Source of the DNA: Sedimentisphaerales bacterium
Lineage (GTDB): Bacteria > Planctomycetota > Phycisphaerae > Sedimentisphaerales > Anaerobacaceae
Assembly: GCA_963708075.1 (NCBI GenBank)
Contig: OY970194.1
Coordinates: forward strand, 864,001 to 928,000
Direction of reading: 5' to 3'
Length of the DNA stretch: 64,000 nucleotides
The first letter of the stretch is position 1; each line of letters begins with the position of its first letter. Shown piece by piece: positions 1 through 9,740 of the stretch. A model generated the notes under the pieces. That model was given only the letters and a program-made list of their open reading frames with translations, did not search any database and was not told where the DNA came from. Position numbers and translations under genes: made by a program.

Positions 1-1
1 T

Positions 2-814
2 GCGCCTATCCCCAGTGATTGTACGCGGGTCGAGATCGAGTACTACCCATCTATATGGGACTACTTCAGGTGGTATCCCATGAGCCCCGATATCTTCAGT
101 TCGAAAGAGATGGACAGGCTCCAATCGCACGAACCGTTCATCATCAACGATCAGATGCTCATCGAGTCTGTCAGACGCACTCTCCGTCCGATAGCCGTTC
201 TGAACGGCAACGCGGGCCCGGGGGATGAAGCCAAGTACATAGAGGTTCGATGCTTTCGAGGTAACGAGCCGTTGGCGTCCCTCCGCTTGTATCGGCCGGA
301 TCTCATGGTGACTAATGACGGGCGCAGATTCCGAGTCAACGTCTGGAATGACGGGCCAGGAAGCTACAGCCTTGAATTGAGCCCGCTTATACATCGCGCC
401 ATGTGTGCGCGGAATCTGTTGTTGCTGCATCGGTTCATGTTTGAATACATGAGTGGGAGATACCCTCCGCCAGCCAACTGGTGCGATGTTCTGCGCAAGC
501 CTGTCCGCCAAGAGTCTGTCGATTGGAGGCGGCGTCGCGACTTCCCGTCTCCGTCTCCTGCTGCTGGCCATTTCTCGTGTTCCAGTATGCGCCGAGGCAA
601 ATGCAGTTATGCGATGAATCCGGATTGCCAGCCGAGTTCACCACCCGATACGGTCCTTTTGTTTGAGACGAGAGATGGATGGAATCAGCATGGTGGCCCG
701 GAGTTGTTTACGTTTGACAATCACTTTCCCAGGGGCGGCTCCGTTCTCCTGAATGATGGGACCGTCAAGTTCATTCGGACTGAAGAGGAACTGAAGCAGC
801 TTCGCTGGCAGTAG
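2..814 (+). CDS. Hypothetical protein with H-X9-DG-like C-terminal motif (5' partial; frame is open from the window edge)
   Basis: No stop from nt 2 to 814. The C-terminus SYAMNP...VLLFET..GWNQHGG...NHFPRGGSVLLNDGTVKF resembles the planctomycete H-X9-DG motif. Confidence 0.7.
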   Translation, partial: APIPSDCTRVEIEYYPSIWDYFRWYPMSPDIFSSKEMDRLQSHEPFIINDQMLIESVRRTLRPIAVLNGNAGPGDEAKYIEVRCFRGNEPLASLRLYRPDLMVTNDGRRFRVNVWNDGPGSYSLELSPLIHRAMCARNLLLLHRFMFEYMSGRYPPPANWCDVLRKPVRQESVDWRRRRDFPSPSPAAGHFSCSSMRRGKCSYAMNPDCQPSSPPDTVLLFETRDGWNQHGGPELFTFDNHFPRGGSVLLNDGTVKFIRTEEELKQLRWQ

Positions 815-988
815 GCCCGAGGCGGCCCCGAACAGGCAAACCGGGGTGACGGGGAAAAGGCTTTGCAGCGGGGGCGGTTCGCAGTAGGATTCTCATCAAG
901 GTACCGGCGGGTCGGTCGGGATGGATCGGCTTTGGCCGGGTGACGGAATTCAGGAGTTGTGCACTTGATGGGATGCGGAGCGGCGATT

Positions 989-3900
989 ATGAGCAGCATT
1001 CAACGCAACTTGTCTGTCTGTATCTGTTTTGTGGTCCTGATTCTGGTTCAGGCGGGGCCGGGGTGGGCGAAGCCGAAGGCCAGGGCCTGGGAGGGGACGG
1101 TCACGATCCCTACCTATGGCTGGGAGGAGGACGTCAACCCGAAGTTCTGGGCCCTGGAGGACCAGATCAAGCTCTCGACGACCGTGAAGGGGGCGATTGT
1201 GTATCCGTACACGATGCAGGACCATCTGTCCCGGGAGAAGAAGGACCGCACGTACAAGGCGCTGTTCCTGGAGAACGAGTACCTGAAAGTGACCTGCCTG
1301 CCGGAACTGGGCGGGCGGCTCCATTCCGTGCTGGACAAGACCGAAGGCAAGGAGACGTTTCACCTTAACCGGGTGATCAAGCCGAGCATGATCGCCATGC
1401 GCGGGGCGTTCATCAGCGGCGGTGTGGAATGGAACGCCGGACCGCAGGTGCACACGGTGACGATTGTCTCGCCCGTCGATGCCCTGGTCGGGACGAATCC
1501 GGACGGCTCGGCCTACCTCGAGGTGAGCAACCTCGAAAAGACCCTGCGGACCCGCTGGACCGTCCGCGTGACGCTGCATCCCGGCCGGGCCTATCTCGAT
1601 GAGCAGATCCGCATTTCCAACCCCATCGACGCCGTAAACCCTTACTACTTCTGGAATTGCACCGCGTTCCCATGCCGGCAGGGGACCCGGTTCATCTATC
1701 CCATGACGCTCGGGACCGACCATAACGGCGTCCGGTTCTTCTCCTGGCCCATTCACGAGGGCAAGGATCTGTCCTGGCTCAAGAACTACGATTCGCCGTC
1801 GTCGATCTTCTCGGTGGATTGCACCTACGATTTCTTCGGGGGCTACGACGTGGACGCGGACCGGGGTGTCGTGCAGGTGGCGGACCATTACGAGCTGGTC
1901 GGCAAGAAGGCCTGGACGTGGGGGACGTCGCAGTTCGGCCTGGTGTGCCAGCAGAACCTCACCGACGAGGATGGCCCTTACATCGAAATCCAGAGCGGTC
2001 CTCTGCCGACGCAATCCGATTACGGCATGCTCGCACCGAGGCAGGTGGTCGCCTGGCGCGAGTGGTGGTACCCGATTCATGGTCTTGGCGAGGGATTCGA
2101 GTTCGCCACAAGGGACTTGGCTGTCCAGACGATCCGCAAAGACAGGCAGCTTGAGCTTCGTATGCTGGCGACGGGGAAATTCTCCGATGCCACCTGTTCG
2201 ATCCGTCCGAAGGGAGCCGAGGGCGTCACGAAGCGGCTGGACCTGTCTCCAATGGAGCCGCAGGTCGTGATCGTGTCGGCGGACGCGAACACGCCGGTCG
2301 ATGTGACGGTTAGGAGCAGTAGCGGAAGTATCCTGGCGACCTTCACGACGCCTTTGCCCATCGCCAAGCTGAGTCCGCCGCAGGTATCCAGACTCATGGA
2401 TAAGCCCGAGGCCGAGCTGACTGTCGAGGAGAAGTACCTGAGGGGCCAGAAGCACGATCTCGGGACGAATCGCAAGAGGGCCCGCGAGTACTATGAAAAG
2501 ACCCTTGCGGTTGATCCCGCATACGCACCGGCGCTGCGTGGCTTGGGCGTGCTCGACCTGGAGGCGGCGCTCTACGAGTCCGCGACAGGACGGCTGCAGA
2601 AGGCCGTCGAGCGAGATCCCGGGGATGGCCTCGCATGGTATTTCCTGGGCGTGACCCACCTGAAGACGGGCGATGCAAAAGAGGCGCTTCGCTGTGCCCG
2701 TCAGGCGACCCGATGCGCCGGGACCGGCTCGCTGGCTCTCGATCTTGCCGGCCGGGCCCATATGGCGCTGGGAGATCGCCGAGAGGCCCACGATGCCTTT
2801 GAAAAGGCGGTCCGCATGGACGCGCGGGACACAGTTGCCCGCGACCACTGGTTGCTGGCCCTGTATGCCAAAGGGGATACTCGTGCCGCAGTTGTGCAAG
2901 CACGGAAAGCCGTCGCACAACAGCCTACCAGCCTTGTGCCAAGAGCGCTGCTCGCGCTACAGGGCGACAAGGAAATGAACCGCTTTGTGAAAGAGGCCTG
3001 GGCTTTCGTAGGTGAAGACGAGTTTGAGATACTGGAGACCAGCCTCGTCTTTGCCGAGGCGGGATTGGCGAAGGAAGCGGCGAAGGTTCTTTCCGCCACT
3101 TGCGTGGATGCGGTTCCTCAGGCCGAACGCAGTCCTCTGCCGCTTTACTATCTCGCGTGGCTCGCTTCTCTACAGAACGATGAGGGGACATCACGGACAT
3201 GGCTGAAGCAGGCGGCCCAAACCTGCAAAGACTACGTGTTTCCTTCGCGTCCGGAGGAACTGGAAATCCTGAAATATGCAATTCGCGAGAATCCGGGGGA
3301 TGCCTACGCGCATCTCCATATCGGGAATCTGTACGCTCACCTTGGCCGTCCGGCGGAGTCCGGGGAGCACTGGCAAAAGGCGGCCGAGCTGGACCCGTCT
3401 CTGAGCGTCGCCTACCGCAATCTAGGACTGAATGCCTGGGCGGCGGCAGAGGATCTGGCCGCGGCGGAGCGATTCTACAAGAAGGCGATTGAGGCTCGGC
3501 CGAGGGATCAGACATTGTACCGCGACCTGGCGGAGATCGTCATGGCGCAGGATAGACGCCCCGACGCGATCCGCATCCTGGAATCGACGCCTCATGAGAA
3601 GCTGCCTCGCGCGGATATCATCATCATGCTCGCGCAGGCGTACCTGGATGAGCAGCAGTACAGCCGGGTGATCGAGCTGCTCGAATCGACGCCGTACTTC
3701 GTGAACTGGGAGGGTCAGACGATCACGTGGGACCTCTACTACCGGGCGCACATGAAGCGCGGCCGGGCCCGCCTTGACGACAAGGACCTTGCGGGGGCGC
3801 TGCATGACTTCGAAGCCGCCCTGGCGTATCCGGAAAACATCGGCGTCGGCCGGTCGAACAGGCCGAGAGAGGCCACAGCGCAATACTGGAGGGGAAAGGC

Positions 3901-4030
3901 GCTCCAACTCCTCGGCCGCCTGGACGACGCGAGATCGGCCTGGAAGCAGGGCGCGGCGGGCATCGAAGGCGGCGACGAGCAGAACGAACATCGCCAACTC
4001 TGTGCCACAGCGTTGCAGGAGACAAAGTGA
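989..4030 (+). CDS. Exported DUF5107-domain, TPR-repeat protein
   Basis: GGAG before ATG 989; signal peptide; LENEYLKVTCLPELGGRL and GAFISGGVEWN motifs; many TPR-like helical repeats in the C-terminal half. Confidence 0.85.
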   Translation: MSSIQRNLSVCICFVVLILVQAGPGWAKPKARAWEGTVTIPTYGWEEDVNPKFWALEDQIKLSTTVKGAIVYPYTMQDHLSREKKDRTYKALFLENEYLKVTCLPELGGRLHSVLDKTEGKETFHLNRVIKPSMIAMRGAFISGGVEWNAGPQVHTVTIVSPVDALVGTNPDGSAYLEVSNLEKTLRTRWTVRVTLHPGRAYLDEQIRISNPIDAVNPYYFWNCTAFPCRQGTRFIYPMTLGTDHNGVRFFSWPIHEGKDLSWLKNYDSPSSIFSVDCTYDFFGGYDVDADRGVVQVADHYELVGKKAWTWGTSQFGLVCQQNLTDEDGPYIEIQSGPLPTQSDYGMLAPRQVVAWREWWYPIHGLGEGFEFATRDLAVQTIRKDRQLELRMLATGKFSDATCSIRPKGAEGVTKRLDLSPMEPQVVIVSADANTPVDVTVRSSSGSILATFTTPLPIAKLSPPQVSRLMDKPEAELTVEEKYLRGQKHDLGTNRKRAREYYEKTLAVDPAYAPALRGLGVLDLEAALYESATGRLQKAVERDPGDGLAWYFLGVTHLKTGDAKEALRCARQATRCAGTGSLALDLAGRAHMALGDRREAHDAFEKAVRMDARDTVARDHWLLALYAKGDTRAAVVQARKAVAQQPTSLVPRALLALQGDKEMNRFVKEAWAFVGEDEFEILETSLVFAEAGLAKEAAKVLSATCVDAVPQAERSPLPLYYLAWLASLQNDEGTSRTWLKQAAQTCKDYVFPSRPEELEILKYAIRENPGDAYAHLHIGNLYAHLGRPAESGEHWQKAAELDPSLSVAYRNLGLNAWAAAEDLAAAERFYKKAIEARPRDQTLYRDLAEIVMAQDRRPDAIRILESTPHEKLPRADIIIMLAQAYLDEQQYSRVIELLESTPYFVNWEGQTITWDLYYRAHMKRGRARLDDKDLAGALHDFEAALAYPENIGVGRSNRPREATAQYWRGKALQLLGRLDDARSAWKQGAAGIEGGDEQNEHRQLCATALQETK

Positions 4031-4065
4031 CAGCGCGTCTGCGAAGGTCTCACTCCGTTGAGTAT

Positions 4066-4159
4066 GGGTGGCAGCGGCAAGCGCAAGCTTGCCGATGGCT
4101 CTCTCATGCGGCGGAACACCATCGGCAAGCTCCGCGGGCTGCGCTTGCCGCTGCCACCC
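4066..4159. repeat. Nested-palindrome (REP/MITE-like) element, copy 1
   Basis: Outer IR gggtggcagcggcaagcgca/tgcgcttgccgctgccaccc and inner IR agcttgccgatgg/ccatcggcaagct; related copies at 53159 and 62209. Confidence 0.85.
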
Positions 4160-4187
4160 GTCACCGGCGTTATCTCAGTAGTAGCGT

Positions 4188-5447
4188 ATGACAGACATGA
4201 TGAGCAGACGTGAGAGACTGATGGCCACCCTGCAAGGCCGACCGGTGGATCGCCCGGCTGTCAACTTCTACGAGGTCGGCGGATTCGCGATTGATCCGGC
4301 TGATCCCGATCCACTCAACGTGTACAGCGATCCCTCCTGGCGGCCGCTGCTGCAACTGGCCGAGGAGCGCACCGACCTGATCCGGATGCGAAGCGCGGTG
4401 AGAGCCCGGTCGTGGGACCCACAGACGGCGGTAGGGAATTGCGGAGTGCGGAGTGCGGAGTGCGGAGTGGCGCCGGGGCCCGAATCCGAAATCCGAAATC
4501 CGAAATCTGAAATGATTCGGGCCCCCAACCTTCGATCCGATCTCGTACGGACACATCAGTACGCAGAAGATCGCTGGCGTTGCACTCGCGTGACGATTCG
4601 CGTTGGCGGCAGAACCTTATCATCTGTCCGACGCCGCAATCCTGACGTAGATACGGTCTGGACGACGGAGCACCTGCTCAAGAACGTTGAGGACCTGCAA
4701 GCCTATCTTCAACTGCCCGACGATTTCTTTGCGGAGGAGATCGATATCGCCAGGCTCATCGACGAGGACAGCCGGCTCGGCGACCGCGGTATTGTCATGG
4801 TTGACACCGAGGACCCCATTTGTGCGGCGGCGTCCCTGTTCAGCATGGAGGATTTTGTTGTCCTCGCAATGACGGAGCAGAGGCTCTTCCACCGCCTCCT
4901 GGAGCGACTCTCGCAGTTCCTGCTCGCCAGGACACAGCGCGTGTCCGAGGCATTCCCGGGGCACTTGTGGCGGGTGTACGGCCCCGAGTATGCGGCCGAG
5001 CCGTTCTTGCCGCCGCATCTGTTCAGGGAGTATGTCGTCCGTTACACGGGGCCCATGGTGAAGGCCATCCAGAAGCACGGCGGCTTCGCCCGTGTCCACT
5101 GTCACGGCCGGCTCCGGGCCATTCTCGACGACATTGTGGCCATGGGCGCCGACGCCACCGATCCCATCGAGCCGCCACCGCAGGGAGACGTCGAGCTGGA
5201 CTATGTGCGCCAAAGGTACGGCGACCGGCTCGTGCTCTTCGGCAACATTGAGCTTTGCGACATCGAGCTGATGGAGCCGGTCGAGTTCCACAAGGTTGTA
5301 GAAAAAGCCCTCGCGGAGGGGACCCAGGGACAGGGCAGGGGTTTCGTCCTGATGCCTTCGTCCGCCCCGAACGGCAGGCATATCTGCCCGCGAATCCTGA
5401 AGAACTACGAGACGATGGCAGAACTCGCCGAGACCTTCCGCCCCTGA
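4188..5447 (+). CDS. Uroporphyrinogen decarboxylase (UroD/MtaA/CmuA) family protein
   Basis: M(T/S)RRERLMATL.G..VDR N-terminus; HCHG, DPIEPPP.GD, LFGNI and GFVLMPS motifs. Confidence 0.8.
   Translation: MTDMMSRRERLMATLQGRPVDRPAVNFYEVGGFAIDPADPDPLNVYSDPSWRPLLQLAEERTDLIRMRSAVRARSWDPQTAVGNCGVRSAECGVAPGPESEIRNPKSEMIRAPNLRSDLVRTHQYAEDRWRCTRVTIRVGGRTLSSVRRRNPDVDTVWTTEHLLKNVEDLQAYLQLPDDFFAEEIDIARLIDEDSRLGDRGIVMVDTEDPICAAASLFSMEDFVVLAMTEQRLFHRLLERLSQFLLARTQRVSEAFPGHLWRVYGPEYAAEPFLPPHLFREYVVRYTGPMVKAIQKHGGFARVHCHGRLRAILDDIVAMGADATDPIEPPPQGDVELDYVRQRYGDRLVLFGNIELCDIELMEPVEFHKVVEKALAEGTQGQGRGFVLMPSSAPNGRHICPRILKNYETMAELAETFRP
4440..4513. repeat. Two opposed heptamer tandem arrays inside the UroD-family CDS
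   Basis: (tgcggag)x4 at 4440-4467 and (aatccga)x3+aatctga at 4483-4510. Confidence 0.9.
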
Positions 5448-5543
5448 TGCGTCATATCAATACTGCCGGGTGACGACGGCAATCGCAGCCATTCACGGCT
5501 CTTCGATCCATCGCAGGAAGATGAAAATACCCTTGAGCTGCTC

Positions 5544-5618
5544 GTAGGGTGGGTCCTTGACCCACGCGGTTCTTCGAGTGAAACATCCCTTCACGCGTGG
5601 GTTGAGAACCCACCCTAC
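5544..5618. repeat. GTAG-type REP doublet (REPIN-like) between convergent genes
   Basis: GTAGGGTGGGTCCTTGACCCACGCG ... CGCGTGGGTTGAGAACCCACCCTAC; the 25-nt arms are inverted with 3 mismatches and each carries its own gtgggt/acccac hairpin. Confidence 0.85.
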
Positions 5619-5665
5619 ATGTTAACGCCATCCGCGATCTGGAACCTGCGCTTTGAGCACTGGGG

Positions 5666-7690
5666 TCACTGCCTTGGCGTCGCATCGAATACGAGGACCT
5701 CAAAGGGCTTCAGCTCGAACGCATGTTCCTTGCCTGCTGATAATTCGACCGCTGGGGCTGCGGCATCGCTCTTCCATGGGCTTTTCAGGGAGCACTTCTG
5801 AGCAGCCCCTTCGGGAAGCTCGAAGGCTTTGCCGATGTCGAGGGTGATTCTGCCGGGCTTGTCGCTGGGGTTGCGCAGGCCGATGATGCCTTTGCGTTTG
5901 GACCAGGAGGCCCAGCCGTACACTTCGCCCTTGATCGGGTCGCCGCCGATCCAGTGCGTATCCACGAGAGTGTCGGCATTATCGCGCGACCATTTCGCCG
6001 CCTCGGCCAGTGCGTCCCAAGCCGCCGCATCCAGCAGAGAGGGCGTGAGGTACAGTTCCTGGCAATTCGTGCCGCTGGCGAAGAACGCACGGATGTCTCC
6101 CACCAGACCTTCCGGCTCATCGGGCAGCCCGTGATTGGCGAACATGACGCCCTGGGTCATGAGGGAGTTGATCGGGTACAAGGGCGCTCGCAGCACGACG
6201 TTGTGGTAAGTCTCGTTGTCTCGGTACGTGATCTGCTGCTGGCGTTTGGAGCCCCAGCCGCACGTGCCCCAGTCATTGCCCGACCGCCAGGTCGAGTCCG
6301 CGTACCACAACCAGTAGGGCGAAGACCACGTGCCGGTCGTGACGTTGACGAAGAGATCGGGCTTTGCGTCGCGCAGATCGGTGATCAGCCGCAGCAGGGC
6401 CTCTACGTCCCCGGCATACTCCGGCTCGGCCCCCGTGGGCGCGCCGCTTCCGCTGATGCCGTCGAACTTGAAATAGTTCACATCGTAGTTGCGCAGCATC
6501 TTCATGCACGCGTCACGGAATCTCCCATAGTACTTCGGCCCCGCCAGAGAGAAGCCGCGTTTATTCGTCTCGAATCCCTCCTGCTCGCCATACTTCATCC
6601 GCTGCTCTTTGGATTTTCCATACCCGCCCCAGGGCGACAGCCACACGCCGAGCGTCGATCCATACTTCGCCGCCATCTGTTGCAGCGGCGCGAACCCGTT
6701 GGGCAAGCCGTCATGGAATTGCCACAGCGTCGCCGGATTGTCCCAGCCATCATCCAGCACGAGCGAGTCCAAGACAACCTTCCGCCCTTCGATCAACTCC
6801 TTGCCAAACAGATCGATCACCTTGAGAGCATCGCCCTCCAGTATCTTCTCGCCACCATAGCCGATATCGTACCAGCTATTGTAGTGAAGAAACGGCCGAT
6901 AGGGCTGTGCCCGCTCCCGCTCAACATAATACAGGAACGCCCGGCGAAGCTGCCCCTTCGGAGCCACGCCCATCACTGAACTGTACGTCTCCTCGTTTCC
7001 TGACATTAGCGAGGTTGTTCGAGGCAAGCTGCATTGGAGTTCCGAGTCAACTGTTCGAATCCTGGATAGCGGCTGCTCGAAGGCGAAAAAGAACATGTTG
7101 GCGACTACGACAGGGCAGCCATCCAGCGTGCCCACCGGTTTTGCCTCCGATGCTCCCAATTGCATCAGGACAATTTCCCTGACATCGGCAGCGTTTTTCG
7201 ATGCAAGCGATATGTACTGACGAACGTAGTTGGAGCCGTTACGCAGTTCGGCACGCCACCGAACCACGAGACTATCATCTGATGTGGCCATGACCACGCT
7301 GATCCGCTTGCCGCTGTCGCTAGCTTCAACCTTAGGGTCTGGCCGGGGGCTGTCAATATCCGGCCCGCGCACGACTTTGAGGTCAGACGCTTTTACAGTT
7401 CGCCCGTCCTTCAATCGCAGTTGAAAGCACTCTCTCTCCCGCAACCATAGGGCGACAGAACCTTTGTGCCAGATGTGGAAGGGCTTGAGATGTCCATCTG
7501 TGACAGTCCACCTGCATTCCAGGGTGTCGTTGTGCAAGAGGATGTTCCCCTCTTCGGCAAAAGCGATTGCCTCTCCAGGAGCCCGGCCAGGGTACTCGAC
7601 AGGACCTCCCGCCTTGACACTATCGACAGTGGACAGTCCGATCAAGATCGTCCAGCAGGCGAGATCTCGTTTCCACCATATTGCTGCCAT
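5666..7690 (-). CDS. Exported GH36/GH27-like TIM-barrel glycoside hydrolase
   Basis: Signal peptide; YNSWY, VLDDGW, GVWLSPWGGY and YFKFDG motifs of clan GH-D-like barrels. Confidence 0.65.
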   Translation of the reverse strand: MAAIWWKRDLACWTILIGLSTVDSVKAGGPVEYPGRAPGEAIAFAEEGNILLHNDTLECRWTVTDGHLKPFHIWHKGSVALWLRERECFQLRLKDGRTVKASDLKVVRGPDIDSPRPDPKVEASDSGKRISVVMATSDDSLVVRWRAELRNGSNYVRQYISLASKNAADVREIVLMQLGASEAKPVGTLDGCPVVVANMFFFAFEQPLSRIRTVDSELQCSLPRTTSLMSGNEETYSSVMGVAPKGQLRRAFLYYVERERAQPYRPFLHYNSWYDIGYGGEKILEGDALKVIDLFGKELIEGRKVVLDSLVLDDGWDNPATLWQFHDGLPNGFAPLQQMAAKYGSTLGVWLSPWGGYGKSKEQRMKYGEQEGFETNKRGFSLAGPKYYGRFRDACMKMLRNYDVNYFKFDGISGSGAPTGAEPEYAGDVEALLRLITDLRDAKPDLFVNVTTGTWSSPYWLWYADSTWRSGNDWGTCGWGSKRQQQITYRDNETYHNVVLRAPLYPINSLMTQGVMFANHGLPDEPEGLVGDIRAFFASGTNCQELYLTPSLLDAAAWDALAEAAKWSRDNADTLVDTHWIGGDPIKGEVYGWASWSKRKGIIGLRNPSDKPGRITLDIGKAFELPEGAAQKCSLKSPWKSDAAAPAVELSAGKEHAFELKPFEVLVFDATPRQ

Positions 7691-7702
7691 GCGTCGTCCC
7701 TT

Positions 7703-8824
7703 TCAAACTGTGTGCCCGGGGGTGCTTTGAAAGACCTTTTCGACCAGGGCGTTCATGGCTTTTTCCTGGTCCATGATCGACTCCACCAGCACCATCTGTG
7801 TACGGCAGCGGTCCAGGTTGTGGCCCTCGCGGTGGACCTTGTAGTACACGTCGCCATTGAGGTAATCCGTCAGAAACCGGATGAACTGCTCGAATGTGAT
7901 GAGCTTGGCGCCGAAGACCAGGTGTTCGCGTTCAGCGGGCGTGAGGAATTCGCCCGCTCCGCTCACGAATCCACGAACGAGGGCGCAGAACATGGAGAAG
8001 CTGACAACGACTTTCGAGAGGTCGCGTTCATCCTCCGCTGCTCGGCAGCCGGCGGTCCGCACGAGGTCGCCGAAATCGAAGATCGACAGGCCGGGCATGA
8101 CGGTGTCGAGGTCGATCACGCAAACGCCCCGGCCGGTCCGCTTGTCCAGCATCACGTTGTTGATTTTGGCGTCATTGTGCGCGATCCGGACGGGGATCTC
8201 GCCCTCCTTCACGAGATCGGTCAGGACGTCGCAGATTCCGGCGTAATGGAGCAGAAAGTCGATCTCCGCTTTGGCGTCCTTTGCCCGGTTGAACTTGTCG
8301 GCCTTCAGCACGTCGTGGAAGACCTGCAGGCGGCGAGGCGTGTCGTGAAAGCCGATGATCGTCTCATGCAGCGGGGGGCCCGGAAGGTCGATCAGCATTT
8401 TCTGGAACCAGCCGAACATGCGGGCCGCCTCGTAGGCCGGCTCCGTGGATGCCAGGGTATCGTGCGTGACGGCGTCCTCGACGAAGTTGTATACCCGCCA
8501 GACATTTCCGCCCGTGTCCTGGTGGTAGCCGAGGCCGTCGTGCGTGCTGACGACCGTCAACTGGCGAGCGGCTAATTCCGGATCGCTCTGAATCGTCTTT
8601 TTCTGGAGGTGCTCCGTGACGCGCAGGATGTTGTCCATCGTAGGGACAGGCTCTTTGAATACCGCGTGATTGATCCGCTGAAGGATGTACCGGGTGGCGT
8701 GGCCCTTCTCCTGCGCAGTCAGAATGAACGTGTCGTTGATGTGCCCGGTGGTCAGAGGCTTGATCTCCGCTGGCTTACCCGACAGGCGAAATTGTTTCGC
8801 GATGTGATTGAGATCGTGCTGCAT
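7703..8824 (-). CDS. APH-family sugar kinase (N-acetylhexosamine 1-kinase/AmgK-like)
   Basis: GHINDT, YILQRIN, HNDAKINN and VIDLDTVMPG motifs; ATG 8824 just after the upstream stop at 8827. Confidence 0.85.
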   Translation of the reverse strand: MQHDLNHIAKQFRLSGKPAEIKPLTTGHINDTFILTAQEKGHATRYILQRINHAVFKEPVPTMDNILRVTEHLQKKTIQSDPELAARQLTVVSTHDGLGYHQDTGGNVWRVYNFVEDAVTHDTLASTEPAYEAARMFGWFQKMLIDLPGPPLHETIIGFHDTPRRLQVFHDVLKADKFNRAKDAKAEIDFLLHYAGICDVLTDLVKEGEIPVRIAHNDAKINNVMLDKRTGRGVCVIDLDTVMPGLSIFDFGDLVRTAGCRAAEDERDLSKVVVSFSMFCALVRGFVSGAGEFLTPAEREHLVFGAKLITFEQFIRFLTDYLNGDVYYKVHREGHNLDRCRTQMVLVESIMDQEKAMNALVEKVFQSTPGHTV

Positions 8825-8826
8825 CG

Positions 8827-9732
8827 CTATCCCCAGAGCCTTTCCGGGTAGACACCTTCCGCGATCAACCTGTGGATGCACTTCATCGCCAGGTCCCGGT
8901 CCTCACGCCAGGTGACCCCGAACCACGTATCGTGCGTTTGAAGGACTTTGACCCTGGCCTGGCCGCAGGCGATGAGCGCATCGACGACGGAGGGGATGTA
9001 CATTTCCGTCTTCGCCTCGCTCCCGTGATCGCGAAGGAATCGCTCGAATTGCACCTGGAGGTGGGAGAAGATCGAGGGCTGAAATCCCCAGAGGTTCATC
9101 GAGACGATCTCATCGCCGGTCAGCGCACGGGATGTCCCATCGCCGTCGAGGTATCGAGCGCCGGCCCCGGCCTTTTCGATCTTCTTGCATTCGACAATCC
9201 TCTTGAGGAACATGTGCTCATCGTACTGTGTAACGCCTCTGGACACGCCCCCGTGCTCGCTCAGGGTGTTTCGCAGGATGTATCCGACCATGGCGTAATC
9301 AGTGTCGGTGACGTCCTCGCCGGCCAGAAAATCCGCGATTGTCGTGAGGGAATCGACGCCGTAATAATCGTCGGCGTTCACTACGGCGAATGGCTCGCGG
9401 ATCAGGTCCCGACAGACGAGGATCGCGTGGCCGGTTCCCCAGGGCCTGTCGCGATGCGCGGGCAGCTTGAAGTTCCCAATACAGGCATCCAGCTCCTGGT
9501 AGGCATACATGGTCTCGACGAAGCGGTCGAACTTGCTGCTGACCTTCTCCCGGAACGCGTCCTCGAAGTAATGCTGAATCACAAACACCATCTTGCCGAA
9601 TCCGGCCTGGATCGCATCGTAGATGGAATAGTCGATGATCGTCTCGCCGTGCGGACCGATGGAGTCGATCTGCTTGAGCCCGCCGTAACGCGTGCCCAAT
9701 CCCGCGGCCAGAACTAACAACGTTGGTCTCAT
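8827..9732 (-). CDS. Sugar-phosphate nucleotidyltransferase
   Basis: LVLAAGLGTRYGGLKQ, PWGTGHA and NADD motifs. Confidence 0.9.
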   Translation of the reverse strand: MRPTLLVLAAGLGTRYGGLKQIDSIGPHGETIIDYSIYDAIQAGFGKMVFVIQHYFEDAFREKVSSKFDRFVETMYAYQELDACIGNFKLPAHRDRPWGTGHAILVCRDLIREPFAVVNADDYYGVDSLTTIADFLAGEDVTDTDYAMVGYILRNTLSEHGGVSRGVTQYDEHMFLKRIVECKKIEKAGAGARYLDGDGTSRALTGDEIVSMNLWGFQPSIFSHLQVQFERFLRDHGSEAKTEMYIPSVVDALIACGQARVKVLQTHDTWFGVTWREDRDLAMKCIHRLIAEGVYPERLWG

Positions 9733-9740
9733 GCAGGTCC

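Noticed and set aside
950..2920. 656-aa antisense ORF; likewise 11844-13223, 13642-15246, 29897-32386, 41414-43069 and 46343-48055
   Set aside because: Shadow frames opposite well-supported genes in GC-rich DNA, with no recognisable motifs.
5666..7690. 'Enterotoxin' label that I recall being given to similar proteins
   Set aside because: Motifs and context indicate a glycosidase-like barrel; nothing in the sequence supports toxicity.
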